NCBI GenBank assembly: GCA_964398865.1
Contig: CAYNOO010000001.1
Location: 43,661 to 107,660, forward strand
Direction of reading: 5' to 3'
Length of the DNA stretch: 64,000 bases
Source of the DNA: an uncultured Candidatus Saccharibacteria bacterium
GTDB taxonomy: Bacteria; Patescibacteriota; Minisyncoccia; Phycocordibacterales; Phycocordibacteraceae
The number at the start of each line of letters is the position of its first letter. The first letter of the stretch is position 1. A program made the position numbers and the translations under genes. This document shows, one piece after another, positions 35,099-44,728 of the stretch. Below the pieces are notes generated by a model. That model saw only the letters and a program-made list of their open reading frames with translations, had not been told where the DNA came from and searched no databases.

Positions 35099-35362
35099 TT
35101 AACGGATATCGCGAACAGCGTTCCGCGCTTTCGGCATCTCTTGAAAAAGCTCCGCAAGAATAGCACCCCTCGCAATCTGAATCGCGCTTTTCGCTATAGA
35201 AGAACAGCGTACGAACGCTACATTATTTGAAATCGAGATATCTTCTTTCTTTATTGGCACCTTTGCAGCAAAAGAGATTGCCGCAGCCGTTGCGCGACGA
35301 AGGGCATCATCCGGCGGGGTGAGGTTCTGGAAACGAGCGAGAAAGTCACTGACGAGTTTCAT
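35099..35362 (-). CDS. hypothetical protein, possibly DciA/DUF721-like
   Basis: 87 aa directly downstream of dnaN; strand-strand-helix pattern ISISNNVAFVRCSSIAKSAI...IL..L. Confidence 0.55.
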   Translation of the reverse strand: MKLVSDFLARFQNLTPPDDALRRATAAAISFAAKVPIKKEDISISNNVAFVRCSSIAKSAIQIARGAILAELFQEMPKARNAVRDIR

Positions 35363-35390
35363 AATTTACTTAATAGATTCATGAATCTAT

Positions 35391-36491
35391 TCAGCGATTC
35401 ATTGGCATCACAAGGTAGGTGAAGCCTTTTCCGGTGCCATCAGTCATAACCATTGGCTTACCAGCCCCTGCTACAGAAAACGTGATGCTGTCGCCAGCAA
35501 CCACCGAAAGGGCGTCGACTATATATTTTGCATTAAAATTTATGTCTATATCCTCCCCTTTAAGAACCGCGGGGAAGTGATCTACTGTTTCCCCAACAGA
35601 AGCATTGACTGCTCTAACGGTAAAAGTCGCCTCAGACGGCTTAAGGGAAATATGTACCTGATTAAAGGAATCAGTAAATATAGAGACCTTGCGAAAGGCA
35701 CGGGTAGCGTCCTCCTTGAGACAGGTCGCCTCCACAACATAATCACGAGGGATGATGGCGTGATAGTCAGGGAATGACCCGTCGATAGTTCGTGAAGTTA
35801 TATGACCGGAATCAGATATGAATGAGCACTGATTATCCCCCACCCGTACCTCAACCTCAGTCCCTGATTCAATGGCCCGCAATATATCAGCGACATTACG
35901 TGCCGGTATTAATACCGAACCAAAAGAACTCTTTGTCTTTAGTGGTATTTTCACCTCAGCAAGACGGAAAGAATCGGTCGCAACTGCGATCAACTCCCCC
36001 TTCTCCAAACTAAGAGAGATACTTGAAAGCTCTGGCTTAACACTAGAAGTTGATGCTGAGAATGAAACCGCTCTGAGTGCGGTAATAAACTCACGAGTTG
36101 GTAGTACCGCAGACACCCCCTCCCCCTCTTTTACGTACGGTAGTGTCGGGAACTCAGAATTATCTACAAGAGTAATAGAGGTAGTACCTCGATCTCCGTC
36201 AATAATAAGATTATTCCCTGACGTTTTGAGTATTAACTTTTGGTCCGTCAATGCCGACACCGTCTGTGAGAGTACTTGTGCTGGAATGGCTATAACACCA
36301 TCTTGGATTGTTTTTGCTTTTAATACGACCTCGACACTTAAATCTAAATTGGTGGCACGAAGTACTGCCCGACCTCCTTCAACAACAATCAAAACGCACC
36401 CAAAAACCGGCAGTGAAAGACTTTTATTACTCACCTTAGCTGCAACATTCACCGCCTTCTCTAAGTTTTCTCTCAATATCTCCATTTTCAT
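35391..36491 (-). CDS. dnaN: DNA polymerase III beta sliding clamp
   Basis: LRATNLD, EFPTLP, VATDSFRLAE, G.FPDY..IIP, INFN.KY, YLVMPM. Confidence 0.98.
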   Translation of the reverse strand: MKMEILRENLEKAVNVAAKVSNKSLSLPVFGCVLIVVEGGRAVLRATNLDLSVEVVLKAKTIQDGVIAIPAQVLSQTVSALTDQKLILKTSGNNLIIDGDRGTTSITLVDNSEFPTLPYVKEGEGVSAVLPTREFITALRAVSFSASTSSVKPELSSISLSLEKGELIAVATDSFRLAEVKIPLKTKSSFGSVLIPARNVADILRAIESGTEVEVRVGDNQCSFISDSGHITSRTIDGSFPDYHAIIPRDYVVEATCLKEDATRAFRKVSIFTDSFNQVHISLKPSEATFTVRAVNASVGETVDHFPAVLKGEDIDINFNAKYIVDALSVVAGDSITFSVAGAGKPMVMTDGTGKGFTYLVMPMNR

Positions 36492-36723
36492 ATTTTCTTT
36501 AGTTTAAGAAGATATTCTTATTCTAATACACTGTGGACGGAGGGGGTAGCTTAAAAAGCTTTCATTTAAGCTGTATTTTATAAGTGTTTTAAAGAAAAGC
36601 TGTTTATAGCGCCACACTATTGTGTGTATAGTAACTGTTTGTATATAAGAATATTTTTTTTGAATTATTTTCCACACTTTTTCCAACAGCATTTCCAATG
36701 AGTTATTCATATCCTTTTCAACA
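36492..36723. other. probable oriC segment between dnaA and dnaN
   Basis: Very AT-rich intergenic region with DnaA-box-like 9-mers (TTTTCCACA 36668-36676, TGTGTATAG, TGTATATAA, TTATTCATA, TTTTCAACA). Confidence 0.75.
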
Positions 36724-38070
36724 TTATTTCAACATACCCCGTATCTCCTCGATCTGTGTTTTCAAATCACCATCACTCAGTATTCCTCCGCGGACTTTTT
36801 CACACGCATGTATGACGGTGGTGTGATCTCTTCCCCCGAACACAGTTCCAATAGCCGGGTATGAAAGGTGGAAGTCCTCGCGCAAGATGTACATCATTAT
36901 TTGTCTTGGGCGAACAACCTCACGACGACGAGTTTTTGCATACATACTCGCTTCGTCAATATTATAGAACTCAGCAATCCGTGAAATCACATGTTTTACT
37001 GACACTACCCGTTTAGGGCGCGCCGTTGTCTTTATGAGGTCTTTTATCTGCTCTTCCGAAAGCGTTCCTTTTAGTTGTATCTGACAAAGAATCGTATTCA
37101 ACATCCCCTCTATCTCGCGAATATTTCCTGGAACCGCCATAGAAAGATTTTCAATGGTAATGTCCGACAAGGTTAGATTCATCGATTGCGCCTTCGTCTT
37201 GATAATAGCCATACGCGACTCGTGGTCAGGTTCGTTTATGGCAACCGCCATACCAGCGACGAAACGAGATTTCAAGCGCTCGGTGATGTCTGGGATGAGG
37301 TTTGGGTGCCGATCAGAGGAGCAGACAATCTGTTTGTTGGCGTCGTGGAGTGTATTGAAGAGATGAAAAAATTCCTCTTGGATAGTTCCTTTTTTAGAGA
37401 AAAATTGTATGTCGTCGATAATAAGCACATCATACGAGCGGTATTTTTCTTTGAATGATGGAATACTGCGGTTGTTGATGGCATTCATGAACTCAAATCC
37501 AAATCTTTCAGCGGTAAGATAAAAAACTTTCTTCGAGGGGTAGGTTTTTTTTATCTGATTCCCCACCGCTTGGGTGAGGTGAGTTTTCCCTCGACCAGTT
37601 TCGCCGTATACGAAGAGTGGATTGTAGGCGATGCCGGGATTTTTAACTACCACTTGCCCCGCGGTGAACGCGAGCTCATTAAAAGGTCCTACGACGAAGG
37701 TATCGAACGTATAGCGTGGGTTCAGGTTGTCGGAACGATTGATGTAATAGTCGGAAAGCGGTAGCTCTGATTCAGGTCGTGTTTCAACTACAACTTTCTC
37801 AGGCGTTCTTTTAGGGCTTTCTTTCGAAACGATGTATTCAACGCCACGAAGTGTATCTACGAAGCCGCGGATGGTTTTTAAGACAAGCTTGCCAAAACGT
37901 TCAGAAATCCACTCTTTCGTTAATTGATTGGGAACGCCTACAAAAACGACCCCGTCTTCTATGCGCACGATATGGGTTTCCCCGAACCACATCTTGAAAC
38001 TCGCTGGGGATATTGAAAGCTCTATGTTAGTTAGTGTATTTTCCCAGAGTTGCTTCGTGTCGAGTTCCAT
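36724..38070 (-). CDS. dnaA: chromosomal replication initiator DnaA
   Basis: LNPRYTFDTFVVG..N, YNPLFVYG..G.GKTHL, IDDIQF, QEEFFHLFN, GNIREIEG, GGRDHTTV.HA. Confidence 0.98.
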   Translation of the reverse strand: MELDTKQLWENTLTNIELSISPASFKMWFGETHIVRIEDGVVFVGVPNQLTKEWISERFGKLVLKTIRGFVDTLRGVEYIVSKESPKRTPEKVVVETRPESELPLSDYYINRSDNLNPRYTFDTFVVGPFNELAFTAGQVVVKNPGIAYNPLFVYGETGRGKTHLTQAVGNQIKKTYPSKKVFYLTAERFGFEFMNAINNRSIPSFKEKYRSYDVLIIDDIQFFSKKGTIQEEFFHLFNTLHDANKQIVCSSDRHPNLIPDITERLKSRFVAGMAVAINEPDHESRMAIIKTKAQSMNLTLSDITIENLSMAVPGNIREIEGMLNTILCQIQLKGTLSEEQIKDLIKTTARPKRVVSVKHVISRIAEFYNIDEASMYAKTRRREVVRPRQIMMYILREDFHLSYPAIGTVFGGRDHTTVIHACEKVRGGILSDGDLKTQIEEIRGMLK

Positions 38071-38174
38071 GTAAGTTCGGTCATTATACCCGTGTGGAGA
38101 AAACAGCAAACTTGCGGAAAAGACTCCTCCGTGTTAATAAACTGTGAGATACTTGTGTATAACATTTCACACGC
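38071..38174. promoter_or_regulatory. dnaA/rpmH divergent promoter region with DnaA boxes
   Basis: TGTGTATAA 38154-38162 (perfect TTATNCACA on minus), TGTGGAGAA 38093-38101, TGCGGAAAA, TGTTAATAA; TATAAT upstream of dnaA. Confidence 0.75.
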
Positions 38175-38309
38175 ATGAAAAGAACATACCAGCCGAAAAA
38201 AAGAAAGCGTAAGACAACACACGGATTTCTAGTCCGAACAGCCACTACTGCCGGTAGGAAGGTTTTGAAAAAACGACGTCGTAAAGGACGCGCAAAGCTT
38301 ACGGTTTAG
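38175..38309 (+). CDS. rpmH: 50S ribosomal protein L34 (not in the ORF track)
   Basis: [44 protein letters not shown]. Confidence 0.97.
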   Translation: MKRTYQPKKRKRKTTHGFLVRTATTAGRKVLKKRRRKGRAKLTV

Positions 38310-38390
38310 TGAGTAGGGGCTAGTGATTAGGGTTTAGAAAAACTCTTGAAATGCTCCCCTAAACGCTAAACACTGGCCCCTAACCACTGA
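38307..38390. repeat. inverted arrays of degenerate 7-mers (TAGNNNN / NNNNCTA)
   Basis: TAGTGAG TAGGGGC TAGTGAT TAGGGTT TAG facing TCCCCTA AACGCTA AACACTG GCCCCTA ACCACTG; a similar run at 38715-38748. Confidence 0.6.
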
Positions 38391-38396
38391 TTCACC

Positions 38397-38708
38397 ATGC
38401 TTGCAAAAGAAGAACGCGTTTCGCGTCTTGATTTCGCAAAACGCCCCACAGCGGTAGTTCGTTTTATATACGGCTCTATAAAAGGTTTTTCTGGCACTCC
38501 GAGTGGCGCGGTCGTCATTTCGAAGAAAACCTGCCCTACAGCGCCAGAAAGAAATAAGATACGACGAAGAATATACAGCATCATTCGTCCCCTCATTCGC
38601 TCCGGCGCACTCACTAAGCCAGTGATTGTCTATCCTAACAAAGCAGCTACGATAGCCCGGTTTCAAGATCTAAAACAAGAACTTGAAAAATGCTTAGCGA
38701 AAACGTGA
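38397..38708 (+). CDS. rnpA: ribonuclease P protein component
   Basis: ML.K..R, AVVISKK....A.ERNKIRRR (RNR-like motif); rpmH-rnpA-yidC synteny. Confidence 0.9.
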   Translation: MLAKEERVSRLDFAKRPTAVVRFIYGSIKGFSGTPSGAVVISKKTCPTAPERNKIRRRIYSIIRPLIRSGALTKPVIVYPNKAATIARFQDLKQELEKCLAKT

Positions 38709-38771
38709 TCGATTTCCCTTAAACGCCAATCACTAGCCCATAGCCCCCCACTCGCGCTAGAATGCGTGGAA

Positions 38772-39509
38772 ATGGCATCTTTTTTTCACACAGCAATCTA
38801 CCAGCCAATCTATAACGCGCTCGCCTTCATCATCGGCGTTGTTCCCGGAGGAGATGTGGGTATTGCTATCGTCATAATCACGCTTCTCGTTCGTCTCGTA
38901 CTCTTCCCTCTCTCGCTTAGTGCAATAAAGACTCAGATTTCGATGCGCGCTATCGATCCGGAACTGAAAACTCTTCGAGAAAAACTGAAAGATAACAAAG
39001 AGGAACTTGCTCGCCAAACCATGGCGCTTTTCAAAGAAAACAACATTAATCCATTTGCGAGCTTTCTGTTGATATTGGTGCAGCTGCCTATAATCATCGG
39101 ACTTTACCTAGTGCTCCAGCATGAAAGCAAGATAGTAGCATTTGACCCGAGCGTGCTCTATTCTTTCGTTCACGCCCCGGAGCAAGCATCACTCCTTTTC
39201 CTGGGGTTTGTTGATCTCACGGGGAAAAGCATTGTGCTTGCGGGCATCGTAGCGATTACGCAATTTATCTATGCACGGCTCATGACTCCTCCAACAGCAG
39301 GCAGCTCCTCGAAATCCAAGCAACCACCCTCTTTCCAAGATGACTTGGCAAAGAGCATGAATCTTCAAATGCGATACGTCTTCCCTCTCGTTATCGGGGT
39401 AGTCGCCTACGCCGCCTCTTCAGCGATCGCACTCTACTTCCTTATAGGCAATCTTTTCAGCATCGGACAAGAGTTAGCAATACGACGCATGCATCATGGA
39501 AAAAGATAA
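38772..39509 (+). CDS. yidC: membrane protein insertase YidC/Oxa1
   Basis: GIAIVIITLLVRLVLFPL, P.LK.LR.K, M.LFKE..INPFAS, QLPI...LY, ALY. Confidence 0.95.
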   Translation: MASFFHTAIYQPIYNALAFIIGVVPGGDVGIAIVIITLLVRLVLFPLSLSAIKTQISMRAIDPELKTLREKLKDNKEELARQTMALFKENNINPFASFLLILVQLPIIIGLYLVLQHESKIVAFDPSVLYSFVHAPEQASLLFLGFVDLTGKSIVLAGIVAITQFIYARLMTPPTAGSSSKSKQPPSFQDDLAKSMNLQMRYVFPLVIGVVAYAASSAIALYFLIGNLFSIGQELAIRRMHHGKR

Positions 39510-39972
39510 AGTCATTGGCACAATCAAAGAATTGATTAGCAAAATGGGTCTCGCACTCAAGGATGTCCAGGTATCTGAAGTCGCCGGGCATACACTCTTC
39601 ACGCTTCTCTCTGAAGATTCAGGCGCTCTTATTGGAGCCGGAGGAGATACGCTTCACGCCTTGAACCATATAGTGAAAAAATCGCTCGAAGACTATGCGG
39701 AGGGAGATGAGCCGTTTCGCTTCGTCATTGACGTCAATGGGTACCATCTGAAGCACATCAAGATGCTTGAAGCGCAGGCGCACATGCTTGCTGAGCGCGC
39801 TCGCACGTTCAAATACGACATCGACATGAGTCCGATGAGCCCATATGACCGAATGATCGTGCACGCATCGCTTCAAGGATCACCAGAGGTGAAAACAGAA
39901 TCAGAGGGCGAAGGAAAACTTCGCCACATCGTCATTCGCTACAAAGGAGAAGGTACTTCTACGCAAGCGTAA
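39496..39972 (+). CDS. jag: Jag/EloR family KH-R3H RNA-binding protein
   Basis: LIG..G.TL.AL, DVNGY, PMSPYDR..VH, TESEGEG..RHIVI. Confidence 0.9.
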   Translation: MEKDKVIGTIKELISKMGLALKDVQVSEVAGHTLFTLLSEDSGALIGAGGDTLHALNHIVKKSLEDYAEGDEPFRFVIDVNGYHLKHIKMLEAQAHMLAERARTFKYDIDMSPMSPYDRMIVHASLQGSPEVKTESEGEGKLRHIVIRYKGEGTSTQA

Positions 39973-39980
39973 TTCCCCAT

Positions 39981-41195
39981 TTATTCATCGCGAGTTAAGT
40001 CGAGCGACCATAAGGTCAGGTCGTTCTTGTTGATGAATATCGCATAGCGTTGGTCTGGAGAGATGCTCACACTGGTTACATCAATTGGAATGCCGGCTAT
40101 TTCTTGGAAGTTCCCCAGCGAATGCGCAGTGCCTTCAAATGGACGGATAAGCCAGGCTGAATCATTCAGGCGAATTTTCCCCAGCATCCAATCGTCTGGA
40201 AGTGATGCGGTTGCATCTATAGAGTCTGATATTCCACAGAAAACAGTAGGATTAGCTTCTGAAACCCACGCGCATTTGGTAGCGAGTGTTTGAAGTGGTG
40301 CGAGGTAATTTTGCCCTGTTTGGATGTCGAGCATTGCCAAGACGGCACGATTGCCGGCTCCACTGCTGTAGAGCACGTAGCGCCCCGTTGGGCTCGGCAT
40401 CGAAAGAAGCCCCGGAATTTCACCGAGCACCTTTATCAAACTTCCATCAGCTTTGATTTCATATAAAAATCCAGGGATCCCTGATGATGGGGCGCTTTCT
40501 ATGAAAAAATGCGTGCCACCCGCAAGCGGCACCCATGAACGGATTGGAGAGAGTAGTATAGTTCGCGGCTTGTCGCCATTAGGTTGTGCAAGCTCAATCT
40601 GCGATCCTCCAGCTACTTCAGTTACGGTGAGCAGAGTGAGCCCACTTGACGCGACCGCAACGCGTGCGAACCCTTTCAATGGTGACGTATTCAGCGATTG
40701 TTGAGAGGTTGTCGCATTCAAGACTGCAAATGCATTCGAGATGGTTTGAGAGTCTGGCAGCGTACGCAAGATTAAGCTCGAATCATTTATTACGACGAGA
40801 TCTTGTATCAGAGGAATCGTAGTATTGGATAGGCGCGTTTCCGCGTATGAATCAACTGGCGTTTCAAAGATGTGACCCGTCGTTCTTTCCATAAAACGGA
40901 TACGTGAAGAAGTTGTTGTAGCGGGAGATGCAAACCATGCTCCCGCCGTGGGACGGTTACTCACTTGACGGAGTCGCGCGGTCACCTTTTGTGCTGTCTC
41001 TGCACCCGTTTCCCCAGGAGTTTGATTGTTGTTGGAAGGGGTGCGGCTACCAAAAGGGAAAAAAGCACTGAAAAAATCTTTTGATAGTACGTCCCCGTTA
41101 CCAGGTGTTTTTTGAGAAACGAAAAAAAAGTATCCAGCAGCGAGCAGCGCGACTATTAGAAGCGCCAGTCCAGAAATTATGAGTGTGCGCCGCAT
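39981..41195 (-). CDS. hypothetical membrane-anchored beta-propeller-like protein
   Basis: N-terminal TM anchor, beta-rich repeats (SPTGRY, KCAW, SPDQRY); start MRRTLII at 41195. Confidence 0.65.
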   Translation of the reverse strand: MRRTLIISGLALLIVALLAAGYFFFVSQKTPGNGDVLSKDFFSAFFPFGSRTPSNNNQTPGETGAETAQKVTARLRQVSNRPTAGAWFASPATTTSSRIRFMERTTGHIFETPVDSYAETRLSNTTIPLIQDLVVINDSSLILRTLPDSQTISNAFAVLNATTSQQSLNTSPLKGFARVAVASSGLTLLTVTEVAGGSQIELAQPNGDKPRTILLSPIRSWVPLAGGTHFFIESAPSSGIPGFLYEIKADGSLIKVLGEIPGLLSMPSPTGRYVLYSSGAGNRAVLAMLDIQTGQNYLAPLQTLATKCAWVSEANPTVFCGISDSIDATASLPDDWMLGKIRLNDSAWLIRPFEGTAHSLGNFQEIAGIPIDVTSVSISPDQRYAIFINKNDLTLWSLDLTRDE

Positions 41196-41199
41196 AATT

Positions 41200-41850
41200 T
41201 TAATGAGAAGCAGTCGATGCTGGGCAGCTTTGAACAGCCTCCCCAATCCCGGCACACCCGTTTGTTCCGGGCGCTAAAAACTTATTATCAATTCGGCACG
41301 TCAAAGTACATCCTGCTTTTAAAGTTCCCGTGTACGGCAATAAGTCAGTACCGCTCGGTAGCGTATTAGCGCCTGCAGCACCCAGACCTCCTGTGGCAAT
41401 ACTACTACCCAAAGGGACTGTTACGTTTGAACCGCTTCCCCCCAAGGCACTTAAGTCATCAGTGAGTGCCTTTAGATTGAGTATATTTGGATTAATGACG
41501 TTCAGTATGATATATGACAATAAAAGCAAAATGAGTCCGAACGCTGCGCCTTGGATGCCTTCCACGGCACTCTGCTTTTTCCCAATGACGTCAGAGGTCA
41601 TGTATTTCAAACCTTCGAACGTGATCATCACGACCCCAAGAATAGCCGCAATGCCAATGGAGAGCGTGAATACTGCATTTAGGTAGTCAGTAAGCGAGGT
41701 GCTTGCATTAACCGCGCTGCCAGTAGGAAGTGGTATGGAAACAATCGGCTGAAATTGAAATTGCCCAGGAGCGTCCGCAGCATGGGCAAGATGCGCCCCA
41801 CCGACGATGCTGGCAGTAAGTAAGATCAGAATGATGAGAGCTCGGCGCAT
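41200..41850 (-). CDS. pilin-like protein (TrbC/VirB2-like hydrophobic hairpin)
   Basis: Signal peptide, two hydrophobic segments with G.KYMTS and GL.LLL.SYIILNVINP, Cys-containing tail. Confidence 0.7.
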   Translation of the reverse strand: MRRALIILILLTASIVGGAHLAHAADAPGQFQFQPIVSIPLPTGSAVNASTSLTDYLNAVFTLSIGIAAILGVVMITFEGLKYMTSDVIGKKQSAVEGIQGAAFGLILLLLSYIILNVINPNILNLKALTDDLSALGGSGSNVTVPLGSSIATGGLGAAGANTLPSGTDLLPYTGTLKAGCTLTCRIDNKFLAPGTNGCAGIGEAVQSCPASTASH

Positions 41851-41851
41851 A

Positions 41852-42823
41852 TCAAAATGTAAGTTGGAATGAAGCATCGGCATGCTCTAAGAATTTTTTT
41901 GCACTTTCAAACGAAACACTCACTGCGTGTGTACCGCTTCCGCCTCCGACTTTCCTGAACGTAGCCGCACGAGGTTTCAGAGGGTCCACCGCAAAGGGTA
42001 TGGTATCAAGATTCCACGTAAACGACACATCATTCAGATCACTTGCGAACATCGGATACGCAATGAATGAGACTTCTTCGTCTACAAACGGAAACAGCCC
42101 CGTGAGCGCTCGGTCAAAACGCATTCCAAGAAGAGGCGCGTTTTCGTAAATGATGACGGAAGGAGTCTGCGGTTCTATGCGCACGGAGTTTTCTGCAACA
42201 ATAGTACCGTCTCGCGTGCCCGCGACAACAGAGACATTGAATGCTGTCGCAAAACGCGGTGGTGTCATAGTTATGCTCGACTTTCCATACCCAGATTGTT
42301 TTTGTGTATACACACCATCTATTTTCCACGAATACACGAGAGAGTTCGCGGAAACTTCGTTGCCATTTGTAGTAAGGTGTGGAATCGCCATAATTCTGAC
42401 CGTGCTTTGCCCGCTCGGAAGAGGGCGCCCTATATATAAAGGTGGTGTATACGTAACCCCTTCCCAAACTATATCGACTGATGCTGGGCGGATGATTGCG
42501 ACAGCATCCCCTCTCGGGACACCGTTTTCAATCGCAACGACACGAATTGTTTGTGCAGCCCCCAAGGTCCCTGCAGTAATCGAAATCGACGTGTGATCGA
42601 CCCCTTGGTCAACGGTGGCGCCATTTACCAACCACATATAGGCAGTGGTGCCTGTCTCTTGTGCCGGGTCTGAGACGGTGAGCGTTACCGTGTTGCCGGG
42701 CACAGGATGTTCAGGGCTCACGCCTATTTCCAATACGGATCCAAAACTAGGTAAAAGTGCAGCCGCTGCAAAAGACGGTGCAATCAAGAGAGCACATACG
42801 ACAATAATCGCTTTCTGGAGCAT
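41852..42823 (-). CDS. secreted Ig-like repeat protein
   Basis: Signal peptide; three beta-rich domains with Y.W.V/IDG-type motifs. Confidence 0.65.
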   Translation of the reverse strand: MLQKAIIVVCALLIAPSFAAAALLPSFGSVLEIGVSPEHPVPGNTVTLTVSDPAQETGTTAYMWLVNGATVDQGVDHTSISITAGTLGAAQTIRVVAIENGVPRGDAVAIIRPASVDIVWEGVTYTPPLYIGRPLPSGQSTVRIMAIPHLTTNGNEVSANSLVYSWKIDGVYTQKQSGYGKSSITMTPPRFATAFNVSVVAGTRDGTIVAENSVRIEPQTPSVIIYENAPLLGMRFDRALTGLFPFVDEEVSFIAYPMFASDLNDVSFTWNLDTIPFAVDPLKPRAATFRKVGGGSGTHAVSVSFESAKKFLEHADASFQLTF

Positions 42824-42917
42824 AGTACAAGGCTCATTATACGGGCGAGGATGCGGTTTCGAGCTCCCACTTTAGATTCTAGGGGAAATCACCCTTATGT
42901 AGAGACTTCGACCTATT

Positions 42918-44726
42918 CTATTCCGCTCCCTCTTTTTTCTCGCGAGCTATAGCCAAGAGTTGCGAAGGGTCAGAGGTAATTATCTGATCCTCAGTGTAGG
43001 AGGCGATGATTTTTATAGCTACGTGCTTAAGACCTGCAAAAAAGATGCCCTCCCCTACGTCTGACTCAAGGAGTAGATATTTTTCCTCTTCGGTCAAATT
43101 GAATGTTTTTTGTACGGCTTCTATGGATGTGGGCGACTGCTTTAAAAGAATCTGAATGGAGGAGTTTGTGAGCATTGGCAAGCCATAGGGGGATTTCAGG
43201 AAGTCCTCAACGTCCTGCGTGATGGTAGCGAGCCCGAGATAGTATTTTCTTCCACGCTTCGCCATGCCGTAGAGGAATGCAGCAGTGTCTTCCGACTTCA
43301 TCATCCACCACGCTTCGTCGATCACGAGAAGACGTTTGCGCAGATCTTTCCTGACCGCATTCCATATGAAGTGCGTGATGATGTACATGGCGATGGTCTT
43401 GAGCTCGTCCTCCATGTTACGAACCGAGAACGCTACGAACTTTTTGTTGATGTCGACGTTTGTTGGGCGATTGATGAAACCCGACCATGTGCCTTTGGTG
43501 TACTTTGTTATTCGCTGCACCAAAGACTCGCTTCCCTCCATGCCGGCAAGCACGAGTTCGAAGTCAGACAAAAGAGGCGGCTCCATGTTACTGAAATCAT
43601 TTGCCCCCGTTATGTCTTTCAGTGCGTATGTTTCAGTGATAGCCCTGTCTACGATGGCATCTTCCTCAGGAGTAAGACCACCGAGCATCAAGCGAAATAA
43701 TCCGACGAGGTTGATGATGTTTGAGCGAAGTATGTCAGCGGGCGATTCATCCTCGCGTGGCACCGGCAGGTCGAAAGGATTGATGCGGTTTTCTGATGAG
43801 AGCGATATGTTGAAGAATCTACCACCAACCGCGTTTGCCAGGTACTCGTATTCGCTTTCAGGATCTATAACAATGACTTCTGTGTCGAACATCAGTGACC
43901 GTAAGATTTCGAGCTTCGTGCCATATGATTTTCCGGAACCTGATTTTGCAAAAGTTACTGAGTTATAGTTTTCCAAAGAAAACCTATCAAAGAGAATGAG
44001 AGATGAGTTGTGTCTGTTGATGCCATAGAGAATCCCCTTGTCGCTCGTCAGGTCGAACGATATGAACGGGAAGAAGCTTGAGAGCGGAGCAGAATTCATT
44101 TTTGAGTTAACCGCGAGCTGGTCATCCCCTATCGGTATGACACTCTTGAATCCTTGCTCTTGCTGGAAGAGTGCTGGCTTTATATAGACGAGCTTAGCGT
44201 CCAGGATTGAACGCATTTCCGCCTCCGTCTTATCGAGCTCATCCTGGTTTGTTCCATAAATAGATATATAGAGCCCCACATCAAACACACGCTCTTGTGC
44301 TTGCTGGAGCTGGTTTCTGAGTTGCTCGATGTCTTGGTATGCCGTATCGAGCATCGGGTCGCGCACCATGCCTTTTTCTTGGCGCGTCATGATTTGGCTC
44401 TGCACCTCTGCGACTTTTTTCTGGAACTTCCGCAGGATTGCTGCTGTGTCGACAGGATGAATGAAAATAGAGATGTCCAACACTCTGTCGCGGTTGATGA
44501 TGGGAGCGAACCACGTTCCCGATAAGAAACGTGGGTATGAAATTACATAAAAGGTGCGGACGAGCTTATCACCCAAGTTCATCTCGCGCGGTGTTATTTT
44601 CAACGCTGAGGGCGCAATAATGTCTGCAAAATCAAGCTTCGCCGCTTCGTAAATGTCTTTCGGCAGGAACGGCGTTAGCTCCTGCTTCTTTTTTTCTCCA
44701 CCAGTTAGAAAATCAAGTATTGCCAT
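42918..44726 (-). CDS. VirB4/TraC-like type IV secretion ATPase
   Basis: LYGIN, AKSGSGKSY (Walker A), VIDPE.EY, INPFD, LVIDEAW, RGRKY, ITQ. Confidence 0.92.
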   Translation of the reverse strand: MAILDFLTGGEKKKQELTPFLPKDIYEAAKLDFADIIAPSALKITPREMNLGDKLVRTFYVISYPRFLSGTWFAPIINRDRVLDISIFIHPVDTAAILRKFQKKVAEVQSQIMTRQEKGMVRDPMLDTAYQDIEQLRNQLQQAQERVFDVGLYISIYGTNQDELDKTEAEMRSILDAKLVYIKPALFQQEQGFKSVIPIGDDQLAVNSKMNSAPLSSFFPFISFDLTSDKGILYGINRHNSSLILFDRFSLENYNSVTFAKSGSGKSYGTKLEILRSLMFDTEVIVIDPESEYEYLANAVGGRFFNISLSSENRINPFDLPVPREDESPADILRSNIINLVGLFRLMLGGLTPEEDAIVDRAITETYALKDITGANDFSNMEPPLLSDFELVLAGMEGSESLVQRITKYTKGTWSGFINRPTNVDINKKFVAFSVRNMEDELKTIAMYIITHFIWNAVRKDLRKRLLVIDEAWWMMKSEDTAAFLYGMAKRGRKYYLGLATITQDVEDFLKSPYGLPMLTNSSIQILLKQSPTSIEAVQKTFNLTEEEKYLLLESDVGEGIFFAGLKHVAIKIIASYTEDQIITSDPSQLLAIAREKKEGAE

Positions 44727-44728
44727 AA

